Positions 24,853-39,800 of a DNA stretch of 64,000 nt are shown here, piece after piece. How positions within the stretch are numbered: position 1 is the stretch's first letter; the number at the start of each line of letters is the position of its first letter. Position numbers and translations under genes: made by a program. This stretch comes from Balanoglossus misakiensis. Lineage: Eukaryota > Animalia > Hemichordata. Where the stretch lies: NCBI GenBank assembly GCA_040954595.2, contig CM082588.2, positions 482,513 through 546,512 of the forward strand, read 5' to 3'. Below the pieces are notes generated by a model. The model had not been told where the DNA came from. It was given only the letters and a program-made list of their open reading frames with translations, and ran no database searches.

Positions 24853-27800
24853 GTAAGATTCTTAAACCTTTTATTTCAAGTCTTGCCGACTGCTTGTCCA
24901 GGCTTTGGATTTCAGAAACGTTGAAAAAGCGATGGTAGCATGCTGAAATGTAGAGAAAATGCGCGAAAACTGACGCACAGGCGCATAAGGCGACTATTTA
25001 AAGATGGTAGCCACCACCACATATCACATGGAAATGCAGTGAATTTGGGCGCTTAGTCTACATGAAATGACCTCTATAATTTTTAGTTTTCAAAAATCGG
25101 GTGTTCATAGCGGTCTACCCAATGGTTTTCGTTGTTTTGTTTTAGTTTGTAAATTTCAAACAGAATTGCACGTTTTTGAAAGCTGACATAGCGTGCCTAC
25201 GATGGCAAAGACAGTAAGGAAATCTGTAATGGGGAGTGGTTGGATTAGCGTGTAGTGGAGTTGACAGCTTTATGTTTACTGCAGTTCTCACACCTTCCAG
25301 TCCCAGTGTCTAAATAAGGAGGGACACCGCTGTGCGCTTTCAATTTCGGGGAAGGCTCTGGTAGGAACGCTTGAATCGTGGAAATCTGCGCGTCTCAGAG
25401 ATGGCAAGTCGACGCGCGCATGCCGTCCACACCCGTCCACCGACTCAAAAATGGCGAAACGATGCCGTAGATATGAATTGTGTTCGAGCAAGATGTTTTA
25501 AAATGAGGAGGTGGGCTCATAACGAATTGTCACGCGGTTCTGAAGCAACTTGTGAAATCTAAGAAACCGTGGTTGTTGCAGCGTGGGTTCGAGATTGCCG
25601 CAAAAATTGGCAAATTTTCAAGGAACCCACATGCTTTCGTCGGCGTTGAGAAATGACGTTCTTGCCAGGGAAGGAGTTGTTGGAGATTACAGAGAAGCCA
25701 TTGACATGCGAAGAATGGAACGACTCCAAAACACTGAAACCTATGACACAAAACAATAGTACAGCCGAAAAACGTTTTCACAACTCATGGCTACTAAAAA
25801 AAGACGTGCCACAGAGAAAGCGAAAATAGAACGAGTAATACGTCTTCTGTTGTCTACCTCAAGAATTTTGACAAGCTAACAAACTGTTAATATTTAGGGT
25901 ATAATACAATTATTGTTTGAATATATAGAAATAACTCCGGGAAAATGTTTGGAAATAGTTATCTCAATTGCTTCCGGTTGTGGAAAATAAGCATGTCCTC
26001 TACAGACTCGTATATTTGGGTATTTTGGAACTGAAATATGTGAAACCTGATTTTGTTGAAGTAGAATTTGCAGAATTTATGGGAAGATATGTGAAAGTGG
26101 ATTGAATCAATTGTTCTCAGTTTTCTATGTATGAATTAATACTCGGTATTTTTTCTAACGATGATGATCATAATTGTAAATTCTTGAAATGATTGCCATA
26201 CTTAATTTTACTGCAAGGTTTATATTGACACCCCGAGTCCATAATTCCGGGACAATATTGAAAGATTGGTTGGTGACTGCTTGGATAATGTTGTTTGCAC
26301 CACGCTGACTGATTAGTATTGAGGAAAAACAATTTTCTTTACAAGGAGAGATTCTGACAAGGAGTTGATATCTCTCCGTCAATGTCATGAGTTCATTACA
26401 CACCAGTCCCAGATGACCGCACCCTTCGCCAAGTTCACGTTATTAAAAGTATGCGTCGAACTGGCTTTGTTTGCTACTGCGTTTAACACTGCCTTTAAAC
26501 GTCGGTATGTTTTACATCAAATGGGTTGGCGAGATAACGGTGTAGTAACAAGGGCCGGATTGGCTTCTTGCACACCTTTGGCGCCCCGACCTGTGCACGG
26601 TGACTCTCAGGAATCGTCCCCTTCCCCTTTATCACAATTCAGAATGGTGGTCCTATCCTATCCGTGAAGTTTTGCCCACTGTTTTACTTTCAATCGGCAA
26701 GGGATACGTATGTGAAGCAAGGTCTATGTATGCAATGCGTGTGAGGTAACCAACTATTCACTGTTAAAAGATATGCACATTTTGTTTCAATCTCGTTGTT
26801 AGTCATGCAAATCAGTCTAATTATTTCGACAGGCATAGTTAGCACTTTCTTTTGTTCTATTGAGTTAATAAGCCTGGGTTAGAACACACGAGCCAGAGAC
26901 GGGTGGCTCTCCGATCTTCCCCTGCTAGACTTCCAACGCAACCTGTATATCCACGCCGTCAGTTTCTCACTGTTCCCCAACACAGTAATAACCCGCCAAT
27001 TAGACCCCGACTACATTCGCGAAAGCCCAACCGGTATTTCGACGTCGGTGAGCAGGTTCCTGATTTGTCGGCGACACAAATTCACGTGTAGTTATTCAAA
27101 ATATATAACCGTTGAATTGGTGTATTCATCAGAGTCATTGATTAGGGACAAGGTGTAAGTATTACAGATGCCGACTCCCCCACACATGGTTGGAGACAGC
27201 TGCAGCCGGCAACGTTCATATATGCCTTGGTCATATGCGCTTCCTCGGCTAACTGTTATATTGTACAATTATGGACACTTAAAGGAAACTGTCGCATATA
27301 ACTTGGAAACAAAGCAAAATGGAAAATCTTTTGATTTGCATCTGGAGAGTAATTTATCCCTGGAATAGGAGAAGCGGGAAAGAGTGGGTGTTGTTGAGTC
27401 GGTTAGTTGATTCAAATATCTGTTGCCTGGAAAGAGGCTTTCAACTCTGCAGCAGTTGAATTAGCACTCGCCGAATATGACATGTTTTTAAAATGTCTTT
27501 TGAAGATGTCTATCGCATATATGCAGCGACTTTTGAGGCTGGATCTAAGGAAGCCATGTGTCAGCCTACATTGGAGTTTGCCCATTTAACTAGCAGTATC
27601 CACCCTCTCAGAATAGCGAATATGTCGTCTTTGTTTGGTTTTATGAATCAAGCGTGCAGCGCACATTCTGCGAAGTGTTGCGAGACAGTAGAGCCACGTT
27701 TGATTTGGAATTGCACGGTGCCCAATAGTTGTGATTGTTGTAACAGTCGCGAAACTGTTTATCAAGGCTTTGAAGAGCGTGCAGGGAGCATGCTTTTGAT

Positions 27801-30800
27801 ATTATTCGATTTTAAATGGTTATCAAGTAGCTGTGAGCTATTTCGCACCCCTGCTCTCTGCCATCATTCGCCGCTCTCCCAAAACTCGGAACTTTTCGAT
27901 TGATCCGTAGAACTTATGTCTCCACGACTGGCGATGCAGAACTCCGATAGGACAATGATGGCAAGTGACATATCTGTTACCTGTTATACATTTTCTGAGG
28001 CGGAATCTGCGAATTAAAAGTCCTATAAATGTTGTCACGATTAATTTCCAAATGATTGTTGTAACTTCGTCGGATAAGCTTATTCTGACAGTGAGCGTAT
28101 TTTCCAGTTTTTTGAAATCATTCGTGGTCACCATTCATCCTGAGTGAAAATGGCACTGAAACCCCTGTGAAATTTGGTCCCTAAATATCGAGCATTCCAG
28201 AGTGTTTACACCAACCCCTAAAAACAAACAAGCCACAAGCGGCTTACATTAGTGTGACATATGAAACTCTGGGAAATGAACTTGACTGCAGTCAAGGATC
28301 CGACGGCCTGAATCCCACCCCGGCGCTTCATGTCAAAATACCGAATAGTTGAGTATGGCGCTTGTGCTTGACCTCTGCAAAAGCTGTCCTAATTCCACGA
28401 TTGGGACACGGTGCGTGTTCGGAAGTTGGCAAAGCAAACTTGATGAGTGAAGTCAGAACAATGAGCCGATAGCTAAACGGTCGTCCCGTTAAAGCGGTAA
28501 TCTGCTCCGATAAGATATACAACTGAGTCACGATGTTAGAGGTTTCCAACTACGACACCCCCGCGCTAAGATTTCCGCCCTTAAAACCGAGGTCCCCGAA
28601 TGATTTTCGTCTTCTACCAATATAAGTCCAGTTAGTTAGTAGTATTTTGTATTTTTCACACGCCCGATACGGAGTGAGAGAATGTGAAAAGACTAACAAT
28701 ATTTCTGAAGAAATTAGTACGCGAAACCCATTTTGAAAATTGGCCAAAAGTCACCTTTACTTACAAGTCGACCAAGAAAAAAGATTAACTTACATTTGCT
28801 ACTTGATTGAGGATGTTTTCCCCTCAATATTTACAAATTGTCCGTTCTGCAATGAAGACGTCGTTTCAATTCTCAGATAAAGTCAAGTGTCCTTCTGGAG
28901 AAGTACCCGTTCGACCGATCTGTTTCCTGTCAACATGAAACACGAGAGACAAAAAAGTCAACTGTCGATTCAGCACCGTGCTACTGTGTAGAAAGTTGAA
29001 CTCCAGTCGACAATATTAAGGAGGAAATAAAATATATCATGAATATTGCTTTCGTTCTTTGCCTGGAATTCTGCCGGGGAAATTGATACGGACTGAATCT
29101 GTCTGATGCATCGGCATCGAGAAGAAGAAAGCGATCACCACGTGTTAGGAAAGAGACGATCAGTCGATCGGTACTACTTCGTCGATAATTGGGACACACA
29201 ACAGTACAAATGACAACCTTTCGACTTAATGGAACTGTTAACTCATATCTTCCGCTTCAAATGAAGAAAACAATGTTTTCTTATCATCTTTATGTACTGA
29301 AATTTCCTTTGTTTCAGTCGGATGACGACGGGAGGCATTGTCAGGCGACATTGATGAAAAGAGAACGTCATTTCGTGCCTTCTTCATCTCTCTGTTGCTA
29401 TATACGTTGTTTTATCCTTCGCTAATTTTGACTTGATGACAGTTGATCGCTTGAAGGTCATTGATATACGAAGCTTTACTAAAAGAATGTAGAGGTTGCC
29501 TTTTTAGGGCTTCTCGGCGTGAAGTCGGACGACTCTATTGTTAAAGGCACATCCGCAACACAATGCGCTTCTTACTGTGATCCCTCGCGTTGTTCTTTCG
29601 GAATTTATAGCGCGCTAACTTCTATCCGAAATGATTTACATTTTATACATTTCTGTTAATTTTGATGGTGAAAATAGAACGGATGCTTTCGGCGCTTTTC
29701 GCGGTGTCTATTTTTGATCTGAGAAGAAAAATCGAAGGTTTGTCTTGAAATGTCGCACATTGCAAGAAATGCCCGACATCATCAACGGAGAAAAAAGAGA
29801 GGAAAACCTCCGCGTTCTCGTTGCCAGTTTATTCTGACGGCACGTGCGCTGTAGCCTTGAACACCGATTACTTGCTTCTAGTCTCCTAACCAAGTTGTCA
29901 CGGTTACCACGGTTTGCGAAAATTCAATCTGAAGCCCGAAGCAAGTTGCAGTATGTCCCCATAGCCTTGATGAAATTTAAACCAGAAAATCGCGTCTTAT
30001 ACCTTGTCAGAACAAAACATAAAAACATGTATTTTTCGCTGGTATATATTAATCTGAAATTTGTGTTCGAAATGATAAATCTTTTCTCATAATCCATGTT
30101 ACCTTGGTCACCTTAGTGGGCCTACGTTTATGGCTGACTTTGACGCGTTAGAATTCTATCGAAATGCGTTTAATAAGAGAGATATTTTATTTTCACTGTC
30201 CAAAGGGAACTAGTAAAATCATTGTTGCGTGGAATGTCAGTGGTATTTCTTGAAAAATGACCAAGTTCTGGCGAAGGAGATTGATTTCGGGAGCATTAAA
30301 GCGCAGAAAAGATTGTCGGAATAATATCGTGTCTTCTTTCTCGCACCAATCAAAAAATGTCGCAACAGAACAAGGAATTACAAGACGGTTTTGTTCCCAA
30401 GATGCTAATACCATGTCATGAAAAGACAATTTTACTTTATGAAAGTAAAACTTGATTTATTCTGTTATATGCAATAAAATGGTCTGATTTCTAAATTAGA
30501 GAATTTTTAATAGTATTGGATGCCTTTATGTATAGGAGGAACCCAATTGTCAAATTTTATGATAGATTTTCGCTTTATGTACAAACTATCTATTTGCAAG
30601 AATTCCGCAGATCGGAATACTTAGATACCGAAGATTCTAGCTCCTGCATCAGTTACTTGTTGCAAAGTATCGGTTTTCAGGGCCACTCACTTGAAGTCAC
30701 CTTAGAGAAATTTTGTCCACGAAATAAAATTCGCGTGCTTTAATATAAGTAGTATCGGAATCAAAATTTACAAGCAATGTCGGGTTTTCCGATAATCTTT

Positions 30801-33800
30801 CACGAATGTCGGGTTTATCTGAAATAGATGTGTAACACAAAGATTTTGATATCATCCTTGATAAAAAAAGTCGACACGAAAAACTGCGTTTGAAAGTCAA
30901 GTTGCTCGTGTCTATCGATTTGTACATCATCCCCACGTGAGTAGCTCTGTCGTCTGCAGCAAAAAACATGTGATTTTCATGCACGAACAATTTCCGGCAA
31001 ATGCTCATAGCGCGTCGACAGAACAGAAAAAATCGTTTGAAGGAGTCTGTGGGTTTCTTCTTTATTGTCGGAAACAGAAATTATATGTTGCGAAGGTTTC
31101 CCGATGTCGGATGATGGAGAAAGGTTGGGAAGTACACAATCAAAGTCTTTCCCATCGCTTCCTTCTGGTTTTGAATGGGAAAAGGACGCAGTATGGATTC
31201 GCGATGTTTATAACATCGCGCCATTTGATGAATTCGCACTGTCACGAGCTACTGCTTGATACAACAAGATATAAGTACTTGCCTTCTAAATTTACCTGGT
31301 CATATCGGGTCATTCTCCAACCCTTTATTTGCAAAGATATTTAATTATTGATAGGGAATACGTTATTTATCAAGTTCAATTATCTAAGTGGCCATTTTGG
31401 GCGACTTGTCAGCAAAGGCGATCGGCTATACGGTAATGATGACCCAAGGACGATGGCCATGACTGTTCTTAGCGACAGAAGATATACAATAGAATAGATG
31501 TGACACGTGGAGATAATTCCAAATAATCCCAGATTTAATAGTGTTCTACCTAAAACCGTCATTCAGGGTTTCTCCTTGGCAATCCCGAGTCACAGAACCA
31601 GCGAAGTCGGAACGCAAAAAGAACTCGTTTTCTGTAGGGAGAGATTTCTATCTGGCTATATCCCTGATTTGCACGTGGCGATTTTCAGATGCATTCTGTG
31701 GTTCGATTTGTCATTATCTTTTTAGCAGCCTGCTAGATTTCAATGAAAACCAAGTGCGCAAACCCACTCACGCCGTTTGAATGAACATTAACAACCTCTG
31801 TGGGTGGAAAAGACGGCCACTAGCGCCTCTTGGAAGTGGCGGAAACATTGCTCGTAAAATAACAACTCGTTTAAGCGAGAGAGAAAAATGCGGCGATTTC
31901 GGTAAAAAATGATACGTCAAGAACGGGGAGGGATGTACTATCGGGAGCACGCCTTTCATGTCTCTGCCGCCGTTTCTTTTCAAAGCACATGTGAATAAGT
32001 GCATGTTGAAGCATTGTGTTGCCTCGCACACGGAGTCACAAAGATTATTGTCCGATGTAGAATAAATCAGTTGATGTCAATGGGGACGTATTGTTGCCAT
32101 TCTTAACGTAGGTGGTTGTAGGGAAGACAAGTGGCGTATGTCGTTCTATACGCTTGACGCAGTCGTCAGCCTTAGCCATTTACTGGTTCTAGGAATCGAA
32201 AAAATTCACTTTTAGTGATCAGCCTCGGATAAGAAAATGGACTTCTTTCATTCAGAGTCGAGTGGCAATAAAAGAACTTTATCTGCCTTTTATTTTCGTC
32301 ATTTTCAGGGAAAGTATTTGTGGCGAGCTTTTTTTGTGAGATCGGTCATCTTTTCCGAACCATTGTCTTGCTCGTCATTTCTATCCAACCGATCTGGAAA
32401 ATGACAATTCAGCGCCGTAACAAACACCGCCATACAATAACGATGTCTGAATTTCCGAGAAAATTTATATCCCAAGTATTTTCCATTAAATAAACTAATA
32501 CAGAGTTTGTAATTTAGGGCAATTAATAGACAGTGGTATATATTATATTAAATGGTCCGATTCGGGTACCATGTTTGAAGCAGATACTGGTGTTATGGAA
32601 TATGCACATCAATATGGAATTGCATCAGATATTGACCGAATATAAACTTTGTTTTCCCTTGTTTGCATTTACCGAGTGTTGTAGAAATAATATTGTAAAA
32701 GAAATGAACATGACGTACATATCTGGAAGAAATAGACACAATATTTTGCAGATGAAATTGATGACAGGGAAATATACACGCGTACTACGTGAATACTGAC
32801 GGTTGGTGAAGGCTTGAACGAATTGGTTTAATATTACAAAAATGAATAACTTAATTAAGTAGTAAATTAAAACTTTGAAGATTTGTGTACATGTGACAAA
32901 CTGAGTAAAAGGTTAGCGATTTGTATGTGTGGTGAGTAAACATTATAAGCCTAGGGAAAGAACGAACGGTGTGGCCGCTGCAGGCTTGCAGCAACGGGTT
33001 GTGTGGATAGTGTATGTGGTCTGATGGTTGCCATGATTCCCCACTGCGCCTCAAGATCTCTGAGATGTTATTAGCATAAAATATCGTGCGACATTTGATC
33101 ACAGCATACATATCTGTAAGGTTTGTTGGCATCTGGTGATGGAATTGCAGAGCTGGTTGCTATGATCTATATTTAGCTGGTGAATTCGCTCAGCCTAATG
33201 TCAAGGTCAGTAGCCCTTCCTTAATGACGGAGCCGGCAAAAAAAGTGAAAGGCACACAAACATGGCCCTGGGGTCAAATTTGAGGTCATGAGAATAATAG
33301 CAGGATCACCCAAGGTCATGTTGAAATCACTGAACTTCACATTTTTTCAGACGTGCTCCTTTAAGCTAAATATTCAGTTTCAATCAATTGCCCGGGCGTT
33401 GTTTGAAACACTTTGGCATGTGTGGCCAAGATGGTTTCTTCAAGGCAACCAAACCCCAGCATAGCTTTGTCATGACTGTTTCAGGGAGTCCATTCAATGA
33501 TCTGTCTGTTAAAAACAACTTTCCTAACTCTAGAAACAAGTAAATCCCTGGTATAAATTGTTTGGGATAGTTTACCCATTAGTTCAAATGAATGACCTAT
33601 ATTTCACTTGTTATTATATAATTATTTGCATAAAAGTTGATGGGGTATAGAAGGTCACTACATCACTGGCGCTTTCTTTATTAGAAGTACTGTGTTCCAA
33701 ATAAAATCACAATAAAACTATCTATATTGTTTCCTAAAGTCAATTCAATAACATTCTTTCAAATAAAAGCTTTAATTTATGGGACGTATCATTTCACATC

Positions 33801-36800
33801 AGAATTTTTATTGGGCTTCTTCTGCATGTTCTAGGAACTTTTTTAAATTTTATTACCGTTCGCTCTTGCAGGGGAAAAAAATCAAGTTTGTATGATTGTT
33901 TCTGAAGGTTGTCTTATTCTGTTCAGTGTTCCAAACCCAATTTGTTATTCTACTCCAACCAGCATGCCAATATTACCCAGTAGTTCACTGGACAACATAA
34001 CCTGTATGGGAAATATAGGCCATGTAAAGTAAACTATATGTATAACGAAATGTCGAAACACAATTGTGAAGAAACAAGTTACTGTTCACAAATGGAACTG
34101 TTGACTGTCAGAGGCTGGCATTACTTTTATGAACTAGCATGGCATTGATGAAAACAGCATTGTAAAACACTTCACAAGACCAAAACTATTCACCAGTTTG
34201 TGTTAAGTGTTAATCAGTTGACTGCATCTTGGGAATTAGAATCACACCCTTTCATATTCTGGGTTGCCAGTTTTGGTGTGAATGTAGGAAATACTGGAAT
34301 TTGACAGATAAATTGTGTTTGTACATGTGTGAACTTTGCTGTGAGATGTCAACACTTTCTGAATTAGTTATATGATTGATCACTGTCAATGGTTTTGGTC
34401 AAGGTTGTTCGAACTGATAAAGTCTCGTGTTACCACATGCATACTTCACATCCTCCAAACCAAACTCTGCTGAAATTCTTTTCGGTGCTAGGAACATATT
34501 TACTGTGTGCATCTACTAAGTGACCTAAATAAAAACAATAACAAACACAGAGAAGTTAGTTCAAGATTCTGACAAAAATGGAAACAGTATTGAGAACAGG
34601 CAGTTTTTCTTGTGGTAAACTGGTTGTGTGTGTGCATGTACACATGTGAATTTTGAACTTTGAACTTGTCCTTTCTGTGTTAAGACACTAATGCACTCCA
34701 ACCAGGTTAGAACATCAAGTATTGAATCTCTCTCAGTAATTTCAACTTCCGAGCTGATGTATCCAAGTCACAATGCAGTCAACATGTGTCATATCTGTCT
34801 CCAGGACGATATCATAATAATAAAATTACAGAAACAAACCTATAAATATTTCTTCAGTGCAAAGTGCCCTACTTTCCCCCTCAGTAGCTTAGTGGGTCAC
34901 CGAGAATACTTGACAATGCACCTCCACATAAACAGAAAGTTTCTTTCATTAGGACAGTTGCTTGAGTTGGAAGTTAATATGTCAACAGCATATACTCCGG
35001 CCACTATACATGCATCATTCAGATATATATATATAAAATGGTGGTCCTTGACCTATGGTAACTCTATCTGCAGAAACGCAGATATGTGCTGGCCTAGAAA
35101 CCTCTCTGCTATATGGCAGGGTCCCAGCTATAAACTTTGCACAATTAATATGTTGATATAAGGTGATGAGTGATATATTACAGCCATGTTTTATAAAGTG
35201 AGAGTAGCCGAAATATTGCAACATGAGAAGGACAAAATAAACTGCAACATCTAAGTGGTATTGCCCTGTGGAAATATCTGAAAACTTCTCATGTGTAAAA
35301 CAGATATGGACTCAAATGATATTAGAGCTACAAAACTTCATTTTAATTGCAGTAACTTTCACACATTTAAAATATAAAATTCCACACAGTATATGTAATA
35401 CAATAAGCAATAATCTCAAGTTACGAGCATAATTTGATAAACTGTGCAAAACTTGTATAGAGATAAACCTTGTAGTCAATGGTGGCCTGAGTGTATCTGG
35501 GGCCATATGTCATAGATCTGGTGGGAACAAATAGCCTCGACAACATTCTCATCAAATTTAGTAAATGTGTCAATAATTGCATTACTGTAGAGACAGAAAT
35601 ATGCAATCATTTCTGGGTGGTCTTCCACTAATTCTTTGGGTGGTGTTCTGATCAAATTAATTAAGGTTTATTATATCAGTTGGCATGGCTATGATATTTT
35701 AGTTTTTGATGAAAGCTCAAATTAGCGTAAATTGTGTTTGACTAACTTTGTTTGAAGTCTCCTTTTGCAATAAAAACGGGTTCAATAGGCAGTCAAATAG
35801 TTTGATTTATTGAGAAAGCTGTCAAATTTTACAATTTCACCAGGAAGTCAGTCTTTATAAATTTGATGTGTGTATATATTCTTTTTGAATTACTCAGATA
35901 CTGGTGGTAGGACCAGTAGCTGTAATTGTTCTAATATATTCAGAATTTATTGTTCCGCGTATAAATTACAATATTGTTCTACTAAAGAATATTGAGATAA
36001 TAAGTATTGGCACAATTATTGTTGACTACTGAATTTGCATCTAACAGACCAATCGAAAACTGTGACAGTGATTGAAACGACAAAAGTTGCGTGACAGTAA
36101 ATACTAACCAACCACCCAGAATTGGAATGCTGGAGGTTGGGCAGATATTTATAGGCTGCTTGTATTTGGTTTGTGACACACTTTTGAAGTTCGTTCACTT
36201 GATATTACGAATACTGAAGTCTTCACAGGAGTTGTTCCTCAGGGGTAGTTCTTTGTTTGAAAAGTAGACCTGCAACATACTTTTTCATACATTTATTTTA
36301 GGTAATCATTGAAATTAATGCAATTTTGTCATTGCGAGATGTTCGCACCATGCATGAGAGAGCTAGACATGTTTGGAGACCATTCCAATCAACCTGGAAT
36401 TTTGATAGAGGACATATCAATGTCTGAAAGTTCATTTGCAGAAAGATTTCTGAAGTCCATTCTTGATGGAAATGTAGAGAGACCTTGGGTGCAGTCGGCT
36501 AATGTGTCTGAATGAGAAGACTTTATCCACTGACCACCTGCTCGTGTTAAGGCCTTTGCATGAAATATTAATGAAATTCATATTGCATGCATCATTCATT
36601 TCATCTTAAAGCATTATAGTGTGTATTGTGTCACACACAAATATTCTGGAGTGTAACCCAAACACCAGACACAATTATTCTTACTGTCAAATTGGATGAC
36701 CTTGAGATTTGATGAGCTTGTTCCCTCAAACGTATGAAAATTGGCCTTCACATGTACTGGATGTGCCAATGAATGGACAAAAAGTCTCACAGCGTTTCAC

Positions 36801-39800
36801 TTTTTGATAAAATAAGAGCCAACGTAGATTCAGTGCAACATTGTAATCTTCCAGCTTAAAGCCCCATGAGCTGACACTTTAAGCATATTTTAACATTAAA
36901 ATACTTTAATCATCACTTTATCCTTAGTCGCGATGGACAACACCGTTTTAAACTTGTGAAGATTCGAACACACATGTGTGCACATAATTCTGAAAGATCA
37001 TGTTGTTTACTTAGCTGTTTACTTGTTGGTTGAACACTCTCAATTATCTCATGTGAGAGGCCTGTGATGCTGTGTACCAGTTAAACTGTAATGTCTAAAT
37101 TTCATCCTTAAAAGCGCTTCTTACCCTTTGATTCTGCATCTGTTAACAATGCCCCATCTCTGTTCCTTCCAGTATTATTTCTGCCATATTGTTTCATCAG
37201 ACCAGTGAAAATACCCAGCACTTATCCAGATAAGGGTTTAAATACATCCTTCAAACAGAATAAACACATCTGCCAGGTGTACAGAGCTGTAACACTGTTT
37301 TATCTTTTGTCATTTTATCACAGTTTCCATTTTGTCTGAAGAACAACGGGCCAATCATTGACACAACGAGAACATTGTCAATGTGGCGTGTCATGCGTCG
37401 TATTGAAAATTAGATACCAGTAGTTGCTATTACTAAACCTGATGTAAATAGATTTATTATAGTGCAGTATGTCAAACTGGTAGCTATCTGTGAAACATTA
37501 TGATGATGTACACTGATGAGAAACCTTTTCAACACAGAACATCTTGCATTGGGCAAATAGGCTGGTTTGTGTGACATGTATAGTATACCCTGCCCACCCC
37601 CCCCCCCACCCCACCACATATTTATATATTTCTTACAGCCAATATAAGTGCAAGAAAAGGCTATGTTGTCATGTAACTTGTGATGATAGTTTGTGAAGGA
37701 TTCCACGGAAAAAGATGAAATTTTCTGGATGGGGACCGTATCATTGATGTGTAGGTCATATCTGTCATATTGCCTGTCAACTGAGTAAGTCATCTGTCAG
37801 TTATACAGAGATCCACTCAGGCCTCAGTTGAAGGAAGAAGTTATCTTCTGACGAATAAGATTGAGGGTGTTCATCTTAAGGATATTGCTCAGTGATCTTT
37901 GCCCATTTCAGCAAGCCCAGATTGATCAGACAAAGAAATCAACACCTGCAAACAAAGTGAAGTGTTTATGATGTAAAACAATTTGTCACTGGTTTCTCTA
38001 GAGGGACCCCTCCATCATTGAAATGTCCAATATTAATATTGTGAGGATGAACATGTCTTACTACGTGTATGATTTATGAGAAATATAATGATAAATCCTA
38101 GTTATGAGTGAAATTTCTGCTTTCACTAGACTTTTCTATGACCCTACTAGTTGAAGAGCAACAGCTACAGCTTAGGATAATTAAACAATGTGCATGGTTA
38201 ATTAAATTTTTTTGTCAAGGTGGGGTTGGGTTAAGGTCTATTTCAATTACTAGGTGTACAATCGTGCTATGTCTTGGTGCAACATTTTCAAAAGTTGAAG
38301 CCAGAAGGCAGACCAAGATATTGCTACTTGTACAAGGAAAAATGCTTTCTCCAACAGTCAGCAAATACTTGAGTGGCACACCCATTTATTATTTATCACA
38401 TTCAAACCCAACCCGTAAGTAGCTTGCAACACTTGTATACACACACTTCAGTAAGTCCATGAACTAATGAACTAATGTTAATTTGAAAATAAATCATGAA
38501 AATTGTGCCAAAAAAGTTGGAGCTCTGGGCCTTTAATGTGAAAGGAGACGAAAATGATGCATCAAAACTGTGAAGTTCACTGTACCATGATCATGACATC
38601 TGCTGCCAAACCACAGATGTTGTTGTCACGGTCTGCAACAACGGAGAAGTTCATATTTTGTTATCTTTGTCGGTACTCCTTCTGTAGAATTTTAAATTTT
38701 CAGTGTACATCACAAGATAGCTCTATCTGCCTTCAATCATCCATGAAATTTAAACAAAATTGTTCCCTTCTTGCTGAACTTTGTACTTGTACTCCCTCGA
38801 GTCGTCGAGTTCGAGAAACCAGGTAAACTAAAATTAAACCTTCAGGAAGTATATCTTAATCACCTTGCAACATTATTGTATAGGCTGAGTTGATAAGCTA
38901 AACATTGGGCATTTCATCGCGATTCAGTGATTTATACAGGAAAGTGCAGTAGATACTCAAAACATGAATTCTGTATTTAAAAAGTTCCACTAATGGAGCT
39001 TTAAGATTTTGAAGTGGCAAAACTAGAAGCCTATTACTACCATGTGTATAATTACTACAGCCAGGTCCTGGCAATCCCATTATTGTGGTGACCCACCTTC
39101 AGAGTTCAATAACACTTGTCACATAACAGGGTACCATTAACTCTTTTGTTAGAGCACAAATGACCTTGACCTTAGTTTTTAAAGTAGGGATCTAATATGT
39201 CATTTATCTGCACACACTGATGATATTCATAGCTGTCCTACACTAATTGCTCCATGAGAATGAAACAATATTCTTAGTGAAAATGACTTGTATATGTTCG
39301 GAAGCTATTCACATTTTGCTGCTGAATTTCTTCTATCTCTGAATTACTGTTGTTTTCTTTCATCCAATGTATTATTGGCACATCTCCCTTGTTGATGTCA
39401 GTCTGTTTTAGGTCCCCATAGGTGAAGTTAGATTAGGTTCATCTGTTCATCTGTCTGTCTGTCCATCCCCAGTCATTACTCAGACATGGCACTCAGATTA
39501 AAACAAATTAAACTTGGAACAAGCGCATTATACTATAAGGTACATGTGCAGCTATCAACCCTTCAGGACAGTATTTCTGTGTATATGTACTTGTCAGAAA
39601 CTGAAGTGTAATTGGTGTAGTTTTTCATCATAAATAGAAAATATCTCTGCCACGCCTCAGCTGGATTTTTTGTGGATATGTGTCTGATAATTTTCAGATT
39701 TTTTTCCGATGACTTCATGAAACTATCACTGTTGTCTTTCCATAAATCTGTTATTTCATTATCCGGTCTAACAAACCAGATCACCTGGTGATATGTCTGA

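Noticed and set aside
29318-29425. Acceptor-like gtttcag in the large intron giving an in-frame 35-codon terminal exon
   Set aside because: Such acceptors are common by chance, and the product would truncate the CSD; there is no other support.
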